The notes under the pieces were generated by a model. The model did no database searches. It was not told the DNA's origin and saw only the letters and a program-made list of their open reading frames with translations. A program made the translations under genes and the position numbers. Below, piece by piece: positions 41,001 through 58,739 of a stretch of 64,000 nucleotides of DNA (its first letter is position 1; every line of letters starts with the position of its first letter). The DNA is from the human T2T-CHM13v2.0 reference genome, Homo sapiens. The DNA lies in the NCBI RefSeq assembly GCF_009914755.1, contig NC_060937.1, one strand, 5' to 3'.

Positions 41001-42063
41001 GCCCAACTGCAGACACAGAAGTCCCCAGCAGGCCTGGCCCACGAGGGCATCTCCACTTCCCTAACCAGGAAGGTTTCCTGGAAGAGAGGCCAGCTTTGCA
41101 CTGTGGGCCCCAGGCAACTGGGCCCTGACCCTGCATCTGGGAAGCAAGGGCCCTACTGGGAGTGGCGCAGCCCCCCTGGAGTATCTCATCCCGCCGGGTA
41201 GAGCAGGCAGAGGCACAGCCAGCCGGCAGAAGGCAGGGCAGGCCGGAGAGGAGAGGACAGAGCCGCCCGCCCCAGGAGGCAATGCTCCCCACCCTCCAAG
41301 CCGACCTGAGGCCAGGGTACATGGCAGGTCCCCTCCTAAGCCAAAGAATCCACACCGAGGCATGCGGAGACGCCTCTACAAGGAAAGACAGTGGTGAAAA
41401 AGAAAACAAGCAAAAGGAAAATATTTCCGAATTCCCAAGGGAGAGGGGAAACATTTCAGAAAAATACTCTCAACTCTCAAAGAAATTACAGACAATTCGG
41501 AGCACCTTTTAAGTCTCCAAAAAGCATTAACACAGCTAGAGATGAAGGTAATAAAAATCATTATCAAAATAAACATCACATTAAAAGCAGCAAAAAGTAG
41601 AAAACAATGACAAAAAAGCATATCATCTGAAGAATGGAAGCGCTAAAAAGATGGAAAAGTGATCAGAAAAGATGTTCCATACCTGAAAATGAAAATAAGC
41701 AAAAGGCAAAAACCCCACTTCCAGTTAGTTTATCCTAGGGAAATAGACAAGTGAAAAGATTCATATGTCCAAAGTTTTCCAAAAATGTTTTTAAAGCTGC
41801 AAACTACCTAGGTAGACATCAATGTAAAATTAATGACAGGAATTGGTGCCCTTTTGGTTGAGGGACAGGCGTACTCCTGCACACATTCAAAGAAAACATG
41901 TGGAATGAGGTACACTGAGATGTTAACAGTATGTTCTCTCTGTTTTTCTGCACTGTCCCAGTTGTTAGCAATGAGCCTATTTCACACAGGCATATTTCGG
42001 GAAAAGCAGGGCAACATCTCAATTTTTAACGTACACACGTGCAGATCAAAAAGTGCCAGACTA

Positions 42064-42400
<337 letters not shown>

Positions 42401-43562
42401 TCAGTCAGTGATTAGACAACTCAAATCCATTACCCTAAATCAATATGGATAATAATAAAGAAGCTAAAAGCGGCAAATGTCTTTCTATATTAGATGAAAC
42501 ATCCTGAATTATATTACACCAAACACTGTAATTACTGCATGACTTTTAAACAATTCTTTCCATAGGGAAAACCGACAAAATGAAAATACAAAAAAAGAGA
42601 AATCATTCAAGAAAAAAATGTTACCTTAAAACTCTTCTTCTGAAGCTAAAAAAAACATGAAAGTTTAAAGAAATTGGGAGATCACAGGAATTGCTTAAGA
42701 TCTGAATATAATTCAACACCAGTCTTAAAGTCCTTGTCATTCTGGGTTTCACTGATGAAGGCTAAGAGTACAGGATTAACTTCTGATACATGAAATTGTT
42801 CAGTTTAAAAGACAATGCACAGATGACCGCTGCGGCAAAGGCTGGGCAGGGTGCTGGGGTCCACCTGATGCCTAGTGCCACCCCCACTGTCCCCCAACCC
42901 CTGTTCACAAGAGACAGCTGTGAAAGGGCCACTAGCACACAGCATGGCACCTTATCCCAAAGGCAGTGCTATCCCAGATGATCTGGTGAGCAGTTCAGGC
43001 AGATCTCAAATGGCCTGGTCCATCTGAGAAAGCCCTTACTTTCAAAAGCCTTCTATCTACCAACTCTTACAAAAACACACACGAGTAAATCACTTTAAAA
43101 GCCTTTTTTATAATTTTGCTTTAAAAAAAAAATGAAATCCCCAGACCTGTCAAAAGCTGAATCTATGCCAGAAGGAGACCAGATTTTGCCAAGAATATGG
43201 TGAACAGGGACTTCCTTCAGTCCCCTGGCCACAAGTGGCCTCACTCACCACCAGATGGGCTGCGTGTCCTTCCACCTGGTCTCGCAGTCAACCAACCCAG
43301 AGATAAGCAGGCCAGCTTATCCTCCAAACATCGCCCACAACAGGCCTGAGCTTCAACCCTACAAACGCAGGTGGGGCAGCCCCTATCACGGAAAGTCAAA
43401 TTCCCATTTTCAGTTTCCAATGAGATGTCAAGAACCAAGCAACAGGCTCAGGAAGAGCCAAGAAAATTGACTTTCTCAACTAAAAAAAGGCCAGAACACA
43501 TGAACTCCTTGTGTTTGTCATGTGGACTCCAGTTACTCACACCTGAATCTCTGAGGCCCTGA

Positions 43563-43910
<348 letters not shown>

Positions 43911-43962
43911 ATCTAATTGTTTTAAGGGGTAACTTTTATGTTAAAATTTATATTAAAATTGT

Positions 43963-44253
43963 GGCCAGGCCCAGTGGCTCACACCTGTCAACCTAAGCAC
44001 TTTGGGAGGCCAAGGTGGGAGAATCGTTTGAGGCCAGGAGTTAGAGACCAGTCTGGGAAACATAATGAGACCCCATCTCCACCAAAAATTTAAACAATGA
44101 GCCGGGCACGGTGGCACACGCCTATAGTCCCAGCTACTCGGGAGGCTGTGGCGTGAGGACTGCTTGAGCCCACCAGTTCGAGGCTATAGTTAGCCATTAC
44201 CACATCGCTGCACTCCAGCCTAAGCGACAGAATGAGACCCTATTTCTTTAAAA
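43963..44253 (+). mobile_element. AluJ
   Basis: Diverged dimer: ...ggactgcttgagccc...ttcgaggctatagt. Confidence 0.92.
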
Positions 44254-44891
44254 CAAAATTAATGACCAACTATGATAAAAAGTCAATAGGTTGTTTGCAG
44301 TCAGCTGGTTTTCCAGTATTTGTACTGAGACACCTCTTGTCCAGGATTCCTGTAATGACACGCCATGGGCTGGGGAGGCAAGATTAAGAGTAAAATCAAT
44401 AGCTGTGAAATGGTTTTCTCTGCAAGGCTCCCAGTTGTATTCAGCCATCAATTTAGTAAACTTCGCCTTATTACCAACTCTTTGTGACCAAAGGAGCAAA
44501 CTGAGAAAATACATGATGTGCAAGCACCTTTCCTATACTTCAATATCACAGCCTCATTCACCTTCTCATCTCCAGTAAACTGATCCCACACTGTAGTTCT
44601 TATCCACACAGAGCAAACTACTGCTAAACCCTCATGGTAGATGAGGCTATTTATGCAGCTGGGCCACCAAGCCCTCCCCTCTCTCCCTTAAGAACTCAGA
44701 GAGACTCTAACTTCCCGCTCCAGCAGCAAATCTACTGGAGGAGCTGACACCACATGAAGAGAAGAACGTGGAGTCTACGGCCAGGTGCATGTGGCTTCAA
44801 ATCCACCTCCACCTCTTACAAGTTATTTGCCTCTCTAGGCCTTAGTTTACTCACCTGTAAAAAATACAGAAAAATGCATACATATTATAGT

Positions 44892-44975
44892 TCCTGGGGC
44901 TAAAAATAAGATGTTTTCTTATTCTCCTGGGGCTAAAATAAGACAATTTTTTATTTTCCTGGGGCAAAAACAAAG
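44892..44975. repeat. Three-copy ~33-bp tandem repeat (TCCTGGGGCTAAAA(A)TAAGA...) within a MIR-like relic
   Basis: tcctggggc at ~44892, ~44925 and ~44957. Confidence 0.8.
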
Positions 44976-45250
44976 TTTTTTTTAAAACTGGACATAGTAA
45001 GTGCTCCCCTGTTCCCATTATGGTGTGACCTGCAGCCTCAGCTGTGTTGTCCTTTCTAAGCCACAACTGCCAATGCTACATAAAGAAGCAGCTGAATCAC
45101 AAGTGACAGGCACACCCAGTAAATTCCAACTAAAGGCTGAGATAGGAAAATAAATCATCAAGTGACAAGAAACTGTCTCATCTCAAGGGTTTACCCTCAA
45201 ATCACACAGCTGATGATGCGTACACTTCACTATTATTCTCCCTCGTGTCA

Positions 45251-45802
<552 letters not shown>

Positions 45803-45898
45803 TCAGTGAAGAGAATTTTTTTCTTCTGACCATCTGAAACATATGCAGCTAACCACCAACAATGCTTGTGCAACTTCCTCCATTAGCCTAAATACTTC

Positions 45899-46622
45899 TG
45901 TCTTAGTCAGCTCAGACTGTGCAACTTTTATAAACAACATCGATTCATTGCTTACAGTTCTGGAGGTTGGGAAGTCCAAGGTCAAGGCACTGGCAGATTC
46001 GGTGTGTACTGAGTGCCATTCCTCATGGATGGCACCTCCTAGCTCTGTCCTCACATAGCAGAAGGGACAAAGAAGCTCCCTCGGACCTCTTTTGTGAGGG
46101 CACTGATATGGTTGGAGGTCCCCTTCAAACTGCATGATGAAATGCAATCCCCAGTGTTGGAGGTGGGGCCTGCTGGGAGGTGTTTGGATCATGGGGGTGG
46201 ATCCCTCGCGGCTTGGTGCTGTCCTCATAATAGTGAGTTCCAGCAAGATCTGGTTGTTTAAAAGTGTGTGGCACCTTCCATCTCTCTCCACTGCTCCCAC
46301 TCTCGCCATGTGACTGCCTGTTCCCACTTCACCTTCGGCCATGAGTCAAAGCTCCCTGAGGCCTCCCCAGCAGCCAAAGAGAAGCCTGTACCATGCTTCC
46401 TGTACAGCCTGCAGAACCATAAGCCAACTAAACCTCTTTCCTTTATAAATTGCTTTATAGCAACAGAAGAACAGCCTGAGACAGGCACTAATTCCATTCA
46501 TGAAGGCAGAACCCTCATCAGCTAATCACCTAATCACCTCCTAAAGGCCCCACCTCGAAACACAATTGCACTAAGATTCACAACATGACTGTGGAGAGCC
46601 ATAAGCATTCAGACCACAGTAG
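45899..46622 (-). mobile_element. MaLR LTR (MLT1A-like), split by an MST LTR
   Basis: tgtcttagtc...cagttctggaggttgggaagtccaaggtcaagg...gagggcac // taattccattcatgaaggcagaaccctcat...cattcagaccacag. Confidence 0.8.
46104..46483 (+). mobile_element. MaLR solo LTR (MSTB-like)
   Basis: tgatatggtt...aatccccagtgttggaggtggggcct...catgcttcctgtacagcctgcagaacc...aca; exact 5-bp TSD GGCAC (46099-46103, 46484-46488). Confidence 0.88.
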
Positions 46623-46945
46623 CTACCTATTTCCTTGCCTCCTGACTATGCCTGGTGTAACCTCACAGTTAGGTGGTCTCACATCTCTTCAATGATCTTG
46701 ACTTTTCCACAAGAATCTCACTTCCACAGGTGGGTCGTCTGCAGCATACTACTAGCTCATTAATACACTTTATTTATAGTGGCTAGGGTTGTAACACTGC
46801 AGGCTTCCCTTTGATGACTCAATTCAATACTCCACAAAGATTTTCATCCTAGTTCATGAAACGTCATTAACACTGTTAGTCATTTACAACTGAGGGAATT
46901 CTCTAGAAGCAGTAAAAGCTTTCTTGTTTCTTCTTTTTCATTTTA

Positions 46946-47298
<353 letters not shown>

Positions 47299-47703
47299 TC
47301 AGTATTTATCACTCAAGTCCAGTTGTCCTTTCTAATACTTATACTGGTGGTCCCATGAAAGCTCAGGGACACAGCATCCTTTTCCCAGCAGGGTAGAAGC
47401 CTAAAGCTCTGGGCTCAAAGGTAAAAAAATACTCATTTGCATGTAATTTTGCATAAACTCTCTTGTTTAGTTCCAGATGCCCAATTCTAAGTATGCAAAA
47501 TAAAATGAAATCATTTATACAGCTTACTGCTTCCAGTGTTTTCAATTCAATGCTTTAACAATAAAAGCAAAAAGAAAACCTTCTGAATCAATTTCTGAAT
47601 TAAGTTCCTTAATCAACTTCTGAATTAAGTTGAAGATTAAGTTCAACTTAAAAAAAAAAATACATGCATATATATTGTGACCAGCCTATAAAAATCAACA
47701 CTT

Positions 47704-48010
<307 letters not shown>

Positions 48011-48299
48011 CTACGTTTCCCATTTCTCCTTGTTTTCTGTCCCTCAAGCAAAATCAGAAATAAGCTACGAGGCCACCAAGCCTTCTTCAAGGCTATTCTG
48101 AGTTATCTAATCCATTAAGGAGACTTGGAACCCCCGTCATACTTTCTCTTTTTTTTTTTTTCTTAGCACCTTTATCCTACTCCAAACTAAATCTTTCTAT
48201 CACGGCTTCTTTCCCATTATTTCATGCAGGAGGGAGGAAGGAAAAACCTAACCCTTCTCATCTTTGTCAGGCAACCCAAACTGCAGTCCACTCTGTGAA

Positions 48300-48570
48300 G
48301 AGACCCACCTGCCTGGAATGCCCTCTACCCACCAGCACCTTCAGGAACTGCTCAAATGCTGACTCCTCCAGGAAGGGTTCCTTTCTTTCACCCAGTTTGT
48401 ACCTCTCTCTGGTTACTATTAGCCTGGACTCCAATGCTTGCTGGAATGTCTGCCCGAAGCTGGCCTGTGAGTTCATTAAGGACAGCAGGTATGGCGTAGG
48501 CATCTTCCCCAGGCTCCACCATGGTGCATTAAACATAGCAGACATTCAATAAATCTTTGTTGAGAAATGA
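48300..48570 (+). mobile_element. L2 3' fragment
   Basis: gcctggaatgccct...gctcaaatgctgactcctccaggaag...acatagcagacattcaataaatctttgttga. Confidence 0.7.
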
Positions 48571-49539
48571 GCATCATGTCTCATCAGGAGTATGAAAAGC
48601 ACTTAAGTGCTGCAGAAATTGGATTGCTTGAGGGGTCTTGGTTAGAGGTTCGTGACATTGCTGATGGACCTGCTGCGATAAGGAAGGAAAAAAAAGTCAA
48701 ATGGCCTTCGCAAGCCTTCTCTTCAGCTCTAAATGTACGATAGTGAACAATCCTTTGCAGTTAAGGGAACCACAGAATCCTTCCTCTCCACATTAGTTAC
48801 CCCTGGGGAATAAAATCATGCTTCTGTATTGTCTAATTTTTAAACAATTAGTCATGTATTGATTCTATATTTTGAATAAATTAAACTTTATAATAGCTTG
48901 ATTTTTATTAAAAGGAATCTTTACATCAGTAGGGAGAGGCACTATGGGGTATTTTCCCCTCCCTACAACGACCACCCACAGGAACAAGGATGATGGGAAG
49001 GGACGCAGACCCTGGACGCTGGGTACCAAATTGATCAGAAACATGGGAGAAGGTGTGGTCAGCAAGGTGGGGACAGGCCAGCTGGGGACACAAGTGGCTA
49101 CGGGACAGCAGAGAGGCAAACCATCTGCAGCTAAGCCGGCGGAGGTCTTCTTCCACTCAACCCAGCTGGGAAAAGACTAAGGGAAATTTGAGGCAGAGAA
49201 AACAAAGCAGGAGGTCCTCCTTAGAGAAGGACATGCACTCAGCTTTTAAACCTGGCCTCGAAGTGAATTGGGGAGCAGAGCACCAAAAAGAGCTATGAGA
49301 ACTGCCCATTAGAATCTGACCTTGTGGAGGTCCAGGGTGGCTACCGAGGGCGCCTTGAGAACCCCAAGGGCAGGCAGCTTTCTGAGTGGCAGACCAGCCA
49401 CGGGGACCCAGGATCTGCCACTCCAGAGAAACTGCCTTCGGTCTAGTCAGAAACCGAAGACGCCAACAAGGGGAAGATGGCATCTGCAGAAAACCACTTG
49501 AGTAGGGCCAAAAGGACACGTTTTCAGGATACCCTCACT

Positions 49540-49845
49540 GATTTCCAGGCAGTGGAACTATCCTGTAGGACGCTCCAGTGGTGGATGCATGTCACTATAC
49601 GTTTGTCAAAACCCACTGAACATACACCACCAAGAGTGAGCTCCACCGTCAGCGATGGATTCAGGTGATGACAACATGTCAACGCAGGCTCATCAGCTGT
49701 GACAAACGTACCACTCTGGCACAGGATGCTGACACCAGGGGAGACCCCGTGGGTGTGGGAGCCAAGGGGATGGGAAATCTCTGCACCTTACACTCAATTT
49801 TGTTGTGCTCCAAAACTGCTCTAAAAAAAAATTTATTTAAAAAAT
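49540..49845 (+). mobile_element. L1MC-type 3' end
   Basis: catgtcactatacgtttgtcaaaaccca...catcagctgtgacaaacgtaccactctgg...gggaaatctctgcacct...aaaactgctctaaaaaaaaa. Confidence 0.8.
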
Positions 49846-49852
49846 AATGACA

Positions 49853-50921
<1,069 letters not shown>

Positions 50922-51241
50922 AAAAAATAACAACAAACGTCCTCATTATTCCAGGAAACCCCCCAAAGAGTCCATACTTCCCAAAGACATTTAATACCTA
51001 CTGCTCTTTACAGAACAGAACTTCCTTTAAAACAGGACATTTCACTTTAATTACTAAAATTACCTCTGACTAAAACAGCAACAACACAGGCGCTCCAATG
51101 TAACCTGCCAAGTTGTACTCATGGTCATTCCAGACCTCCAGGTTATCTAAAACACTGCACCTCTCACAGATTAAATCAACTAAAAGCAAATCACCTAGAT
51201 AAAACTCCAAAATCCCTTTCCCCATTAAACCTGGCATTTTA

Positions 51242-51378
51242 GGCCAGCTGCCAGTGGCTCATCCTTGTTATCTGAGCACTCTGGGAGCCAAGGTGGGAAG
51301 ATTGCTTGAGGCCAAAAGGTGAAGACCAGCCTGAGCAAGGTAAGACTCCACCTCTACAAAAATAAAAAACAAACTAAA
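51242..51378 (+). mobile_element. Alu left monomer (FLAM-like)
   Basis: ggccagctgccagtggctca...gaccagcctgagcaag; flanking repeat aaacctggcatttt. Confidence 0.85.
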
Positions 51379-51431
51379 AACCTGGCATTTTTAGAATGCT
51401 TAAGTCATTCAAATATTAAAGAAAATTGTTA

Positions 51432-51748
<317 letters not shown>

Positions 51749-51998
51749 TTAAGAACATGATCACCCAAAATATCCTAACACTGCTTTTATCTTTTCTTAT
51801 TACACTTGATTGGTCTAGTGTGTATCTTATAACCTAGCCACCATCATAGCTGACTATAATCATGACCTGCTCTTTACAGAGTGAACGCTGAGCTCATGCC
51901 ATCCCTTTTCCCCTCATGTATAACTGGCACAATATGCCCTGCCTTCCAGGCAGCACACACAACCCTATTGTTGGATAACCATGTTTAAACTCACTCTC

Positions 51999-52678
<680 letters not shown>

Positions 52679-53899
52679 TACCAGCCTCCCTGTCTTATGT
52701 AAATGTCTTCCTTTCTCTAGATAAGGTCTTTTATCAGCATATACCTGACGAAATGCCCGGATAAGAAATTCGGTCCCATACTCAGGACCCACTTCAGGAA
52801 GAACTCTATCTTTCCTGACTTCTCCTCCTTCCCCGGGGAATTGTCAGTCGCATGGCCTGGATTCCCCAACAGGGCTGGCAGGGGGCATGGATTGGCCAGA
52901 GCCCCACTCCTCTTGCCACAGGGATCAGTCCAGGGTTAAGGACTATGCTAGGACGCTCAGCATTGCCTAAGAACTTGTGCTAGAGCTACTGAAAAAGAGG
53001 TGCTCTTTGTCCCCCAGGATCACATCATTAAGGCTGGGTGCTGCGGGCAGCCGCCTTTATCATCGGCTGGGGCACACCTGCCTAAGAAGTAAGCCCTCAC
53101 GTTCCACTGTACTGGAAGTCAAGCCCACTGCAGCCCTTTCAGTGCTGTGAGCAGATGAATCTCCCCTTCTTCTTTTTGCTTAAACTAGTTGAGGTTGTTG
53201 TTCTTTTGCCTACAACTGAAAAACAACAACAACAAAAAAATCACTGTAACACAATGAGTATGTGCCCCAATGGTGAGTAACAACACCAGCCAGGGTCATG
53301 CCAGCCACCCTGGGCCACATCAAACCAGGGATGGTAAAAGCAGCACCACTGGAAGCCCAGAATCACCCACCTGGGTTAAAATGAAAGTCTGCTGGGTTTA
53401 ACTCACCTAGAGGCTTCTACCCGATTTTTGCAGGTGCAACCAAGACTGAGGCTGTTTAAACAGCCTTAAATTCTGCTATGCAACTCACTGGAAAACTACT
53501 TTAGGACCCACTTCGGAAGTGACCACCACTAAACTGGACAAGAGATGCAGGGTCAAAATGATGTATATATTAGGTATGTGGAGCTCAGACACATGATTTG
53601 TCTAATAAATTTGTTAAAAGGAACTCCTGTCGTCTAAGAAATTACAAGCTACTCTTGACTTACGACCAGCTGACACACTGTTCCCACTGGTGATCAGCCA
53701 CCCACAGCACCTCGCACCCCATCCATCCACCTGAGCCAATGCTGCTGCCGTGTGGACACTCTGGGGCTCACATTCAGAGCAGAACCTGCTTTGCCTAGCA
53801 GGTAAAGCTAGGTGGAGTAGCCAAGTGTGATGAAGTCTGGGATCTGAAACACGGGCTACTCCCTCTTCAATCACCCTCTGTATAGTGATAACAGCCGTC

Positions 53900-54870
53900 C
53901 CATGTTGCTAGCACAAATGACCTAATTAATCAGTCACCAGACTCAGTCTCTAGCCTGAACTCTTCCACCAGCTCCAGACCCATATTTCTAACTGCCTGTT
54001 CATTTCCTCTGCCCACAATCCACTCATCTGAAACAGAATTCCTTATCTACATAGGATCTTCATCTTCCATGCTAGTCATCAGCCCCAAGGACTTGGGTGC
54101 GTGGGTGCGTTCATTCGCCCCAGGGCACCTCCCTCCCTCCATCACCATCATCACTGAAGCCTGCCCCGCTCACCCCCACAGCTCCCTCCCTCAAATCCCT
54201 CCTCCTCCCCACCCACTGGTGGCACAGTTCGATCTGGCATCAGCTTTTACCTGGGAAACCGCAATGAGACCTAGCTGGGGGACCAGCCTCCTTCCTTTCC
54301 AGTCTAACCACCAAACTGTCAACGCCCAAAATGGGTCTCATTCTGCCAATTCAAATTTCCCAGAAATGTCACATCACCTAATAGGCTAAAGCCCAAACCA
54401 CTCAGCATGGTCCCATGGGTGATAATGACAAGGTAGTCTGGGAGCACTTATTTTAGGACCTGATATGATCTGGTCCTGGACTACCTTCTTCAACATATGT
54501 GTCTTGTTCTCTTTCCTTTCCCCTTAAGTCCGGCAGAATTGGATTCCTTGTATTTTTCCAAACACTCTGTGCCATTTAAAGACACCATGCTTTTGAACAT
54601 TCTAATCTGTCTGGATGCCCTCTGCCTTTAAAAGAAATTCTTCTAGAACAGAGCTCAGCCATTGTTTCCTTTATTAATCTTCAGCCGGCTAGGTCTAGAT
54701 ACTTAATTACCCCCTCCTCTGCGCTACTTCTGAGCCTTATACTTCCATAAATGCATTTTTTCCCATTGAAATGTATGCGACACATGTGCCTCTGCTACTG
54801 GGCCATAAGCTCCTTGAAGACGGAGCTGTTAGTCATCTAATCCCAATGCCAGCACTGCACCAGACGTATG
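53900..54870 (+). mobile_element. L2 fragments
   Basis: tctagcctgaactcttcc...agctccagacccatatttctaactgcct...; ccataagctccttgaagacgg. Confidence 0.55.
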
Positions 54871-55581
54871 ACAGATCCCTCTTCAACTCTAAACACCATC
54901 TCCTATGCCTTACACATTGGCTGATATACCACCTATTAGATATCTATTCAGATCAACACACATCTTTCTTCCCATAATTAAGAAGGCCTACCGGTTTTAT
55001 GAACTATTAGGAATACTTTCCCAGCATCCAGCTGAGCAATTTTGACAGGAGGAATCCTGTTTTCATGGGAACTACTGAACCCACTAGAGGGGGTGCAGCA
55101 AAGAGGAATGCAGTAAACACCAGAGCGGTACAACACCAGGAGGGCACTACAATGGAGAAGGGGGTACTGCAGGGCACAGCCAGGCCTGGCACAGCCCCAA
55201 AGACCAACCTAAACTAACTCAGAAACCTGCACCCAGAAACATAAAGAAAACTCCTCCTCCTCCTCCAACTCTCTTATGCCAACTAGCTTCCTGCCTTCAG
55301 AACCAGGAACTTAACTCTTAAGATTATAGTTTACATAGACTTTGGAGTAAAAGGCTTTTCTAGCCTAGCCTCACAACTTAACTGCTATTTCCAAACTCCT
55401 TTCTATACGAAAATATGCAGGCGACTAACCAACAAAGTTACAAGTGAAATCGGGAATGTATTTGGGAACAGTCCACATATTTTAAACTTTATTTCTTACA
55501 ATTGAAAAACTGTGCTTCTTTTTGCATCAAACAATGGTGACCACAGAAGTAAATTACAATAAAAATATTAATATATCCCTA

Positions 55582-55699
55582 GGCTGGGCACGGTGGCTCA
55601 CGCCTGTAATCCCAGCACTTTAGGAGGCTGAGGCAGGCGGATCACCTGAGGTTGGGGGTTCGAGACCAGCCTGACCAACGTGGAGAAACCCTGTCTCTA

Positions 55700-55737
<38 letters not shown>

Positions 55738-55888
55738 ATTAGCCAGGCATGGAGGCACATGCCTATAATCCCAGCTATTCAGGAGGCTGAGGGCAGAACA
55801 ATCTCTTGAACTCAGGAGGTGGAGGTTGCACCATTGCACTCCAGCCTGGGCAACAAGAGCGAACTCCGTCTCAAAAAAAAAGAAAAAA
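55582..55888 (+). mobile_element. AluSp/Sq-like with an expanded central A-run
   Basis: A30 at 55702-55731; small right-arm deletion; TSD tattaatatatccct. Confidence 0.95.
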
Positions 55889-55905
55889 GTGTATTAATAT
55901 ATCCC

Positions 55906-56260
55906 TGATATGGTTTGGCTGTGTCCCCACCCAAACCTCATCCTGAATTGTAGCTCCCATAATCCCTATGCATTGTGGGAGGGACCCAGTGGGAGGTAAC
56001 CGAATCACAGGAGGGTTTTTCCCATCCTCTTCGCATGACACTAAGTCTCACAAGATCTGATGGTTTTATAAAGGGCAGTTCCCCTGCACACGCTCTCTTG
56101 CCTGCCGACATGTGAGACGTGACTTTGCTCTTCTTTTGCCTTCCGCCATGACTGTGAGGCCTCCCCAACCATGTGGAACTATGAGTCCATTAAATCTTTT
56201 TCTTTATAAATACCCAGTCTCGGGTATTTCTTCATAGCAGTATGAAAATGGACTCATACA
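55906..56260 (+). mobile_element. THE1 (THE1C-like) MaLR solo LTR
   Basis: tgatatggtttggctgtgtccccacccaaa...cttcatagcagtatgaaaatggactcataca; exact 5-bp TSD ATCCC (55901-55905, 56261-56265). Confidence 0.93.
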
Positions 56261-56559
56261 ATCCCTTCCTAGTTTTTGTCATGCGATTAAATGGCCACAA
56301 AGTCTACACTTACGTACCATTTTTCGTAAAATAGCAAAGATCTTTACAACAAAGCCTGACAACACTCCCTCTTTTTCTTAAAGTGTACTTCTATCCAAAT
56401 AGTTTCCATTTCTCACAAAAGTTAAATCACTAAAGACAACCAATCATACCAAAACAAAAATTTGAAAATCTGAACAAAGAGAAAAAGCAAATGAGTTCCA
56501 GCAAAATTCAGGAGCACTAACTTCTCATATCTCATATCACTGAAAGGAAAAAAAAAAAA

Positions 56560-56689
56560 GCCAGGCACTGTGGCATGCACCTGTAGTCCCTGCTTTTGCA
56601 GCCACTCGAGGCTGAGGCAGGAGAGATCACTTGACCCAGGAGTTCAAGTCCAGACTGGGCAACATAGTGAACTCCCATCTCTTAAAAAA
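56560..56689 (+). mobile_element. Alu monomer (FLAM_A-like)
   Basis: gccaggcactgtggcatgcacctgtagtccc...gagttcaagtccagactgggcaacatagtga. Confidence 0.82.
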
Positions 56690-57295
56690 ACAGTAATAAT
56701 AGAAGTGTAGTAGTAAAGGTCCAGGTCCCTTATCCAAACTTTCAAAATCCAAAAGTCTCCGAAAACCAGCAGTTTTTCCAACTCCTCTGGAGGTGAGATC
56801 TAAACTGATCTGAAGCCGGTTGACAGCAAACCCTGAAATGATGTGCAGCTACTCACAGTCTCAGTGCCAACAGGCAGACACCTCCCCTCGACGCTCCAGT
56901 CCTCGTGGGTCACTGGGCACAGCCAAGCATCCACTCAACGCTGCTCAACGCTATGGCTCAATATTGCCCCTGACCCACTTATGCACCTTGTACGGGATGA
57001 AAACTTTATACAAGGAATGTATTATTTCAATGACTACTGCCCTGCCACTCAAAATGCATACAGTATGATTATGCTGAAAAGCAGACTGGTCCTATTTTGG
57101 GGTGAATGTTCATTCAGAGCAGTAATTTTAAGTCATAATATTGGCACTTATCCTGCAAATCTCCTTCTCATCTGAGACTTTTAACTAAATCAACAGGCTG
57201 AAAAGAAACACAAGATATAAGAGCTATTTTAAACCAGACTATTTACCATATATTTATAAAAGATTCATCTAAAAGACAATCAAAAACATAATTCT

Positions 57296-57735
<440 letters not shown>

Positions 57736-57876
57736 TCACACTCTCAAGGAGTATATGTGTGGACCCCAGTCTGCAGGCAGTGATCCTTGTTTCGAATACA
57801 ACTGGGCAAGGGGTAAGGTGCCCAGCAGGAGTGTAAGTGTAACACCACCGTGTGGGTATTCTCACTTAGCAACCTA

Positions 57877-58297
<421 letters not shown>

Positions 58298-58391
58298 GCA
58301 GCAAGGTTATTCTTTCTAACTTGTTTGGCCAGAGCCAAACAAGTATGTATCTCTGGCTGGTACTCCTCTGTCCTAAAGATGGGGCAGGGCT

Positions 58392-58739
<348 letters not shown>

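Noticed and set aside
40795-41454. Longest ORF in the track (219 aa, minus)
   Set aside because: Low-information Cys/Leu/Ser/Pro-rich translation of GC-rich DNA with no recognisable domain and overlapping ORFs in several frames; consistent with chance.
44100-44250. Possible 7SL RNA pseudogene
   Set aside because: It lacks the 7SL S-domain and is the right arm of an AluJ dimer.
48267-48545. 92-aa ATG-initiated sense-strand ORF
   Set aside because: It lies on the antisense strand of an L2 3' fragment, with no domain and no splice evidence linking it to STK24.
55081-55096. CTCF-like motif CCACTAGAGGGGGTGC (similar one at ~43248)
   Set aside because: It mismatches the highly conserved C of the GGC core and cannot be supported without ChIP data.
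56716-57090. Possible Tigger/MER46-type DNA transposon
   Set aside because: The start resembles such elements but I could not identify a matching terminal inverted repeat or family; it needs a Dfam search.
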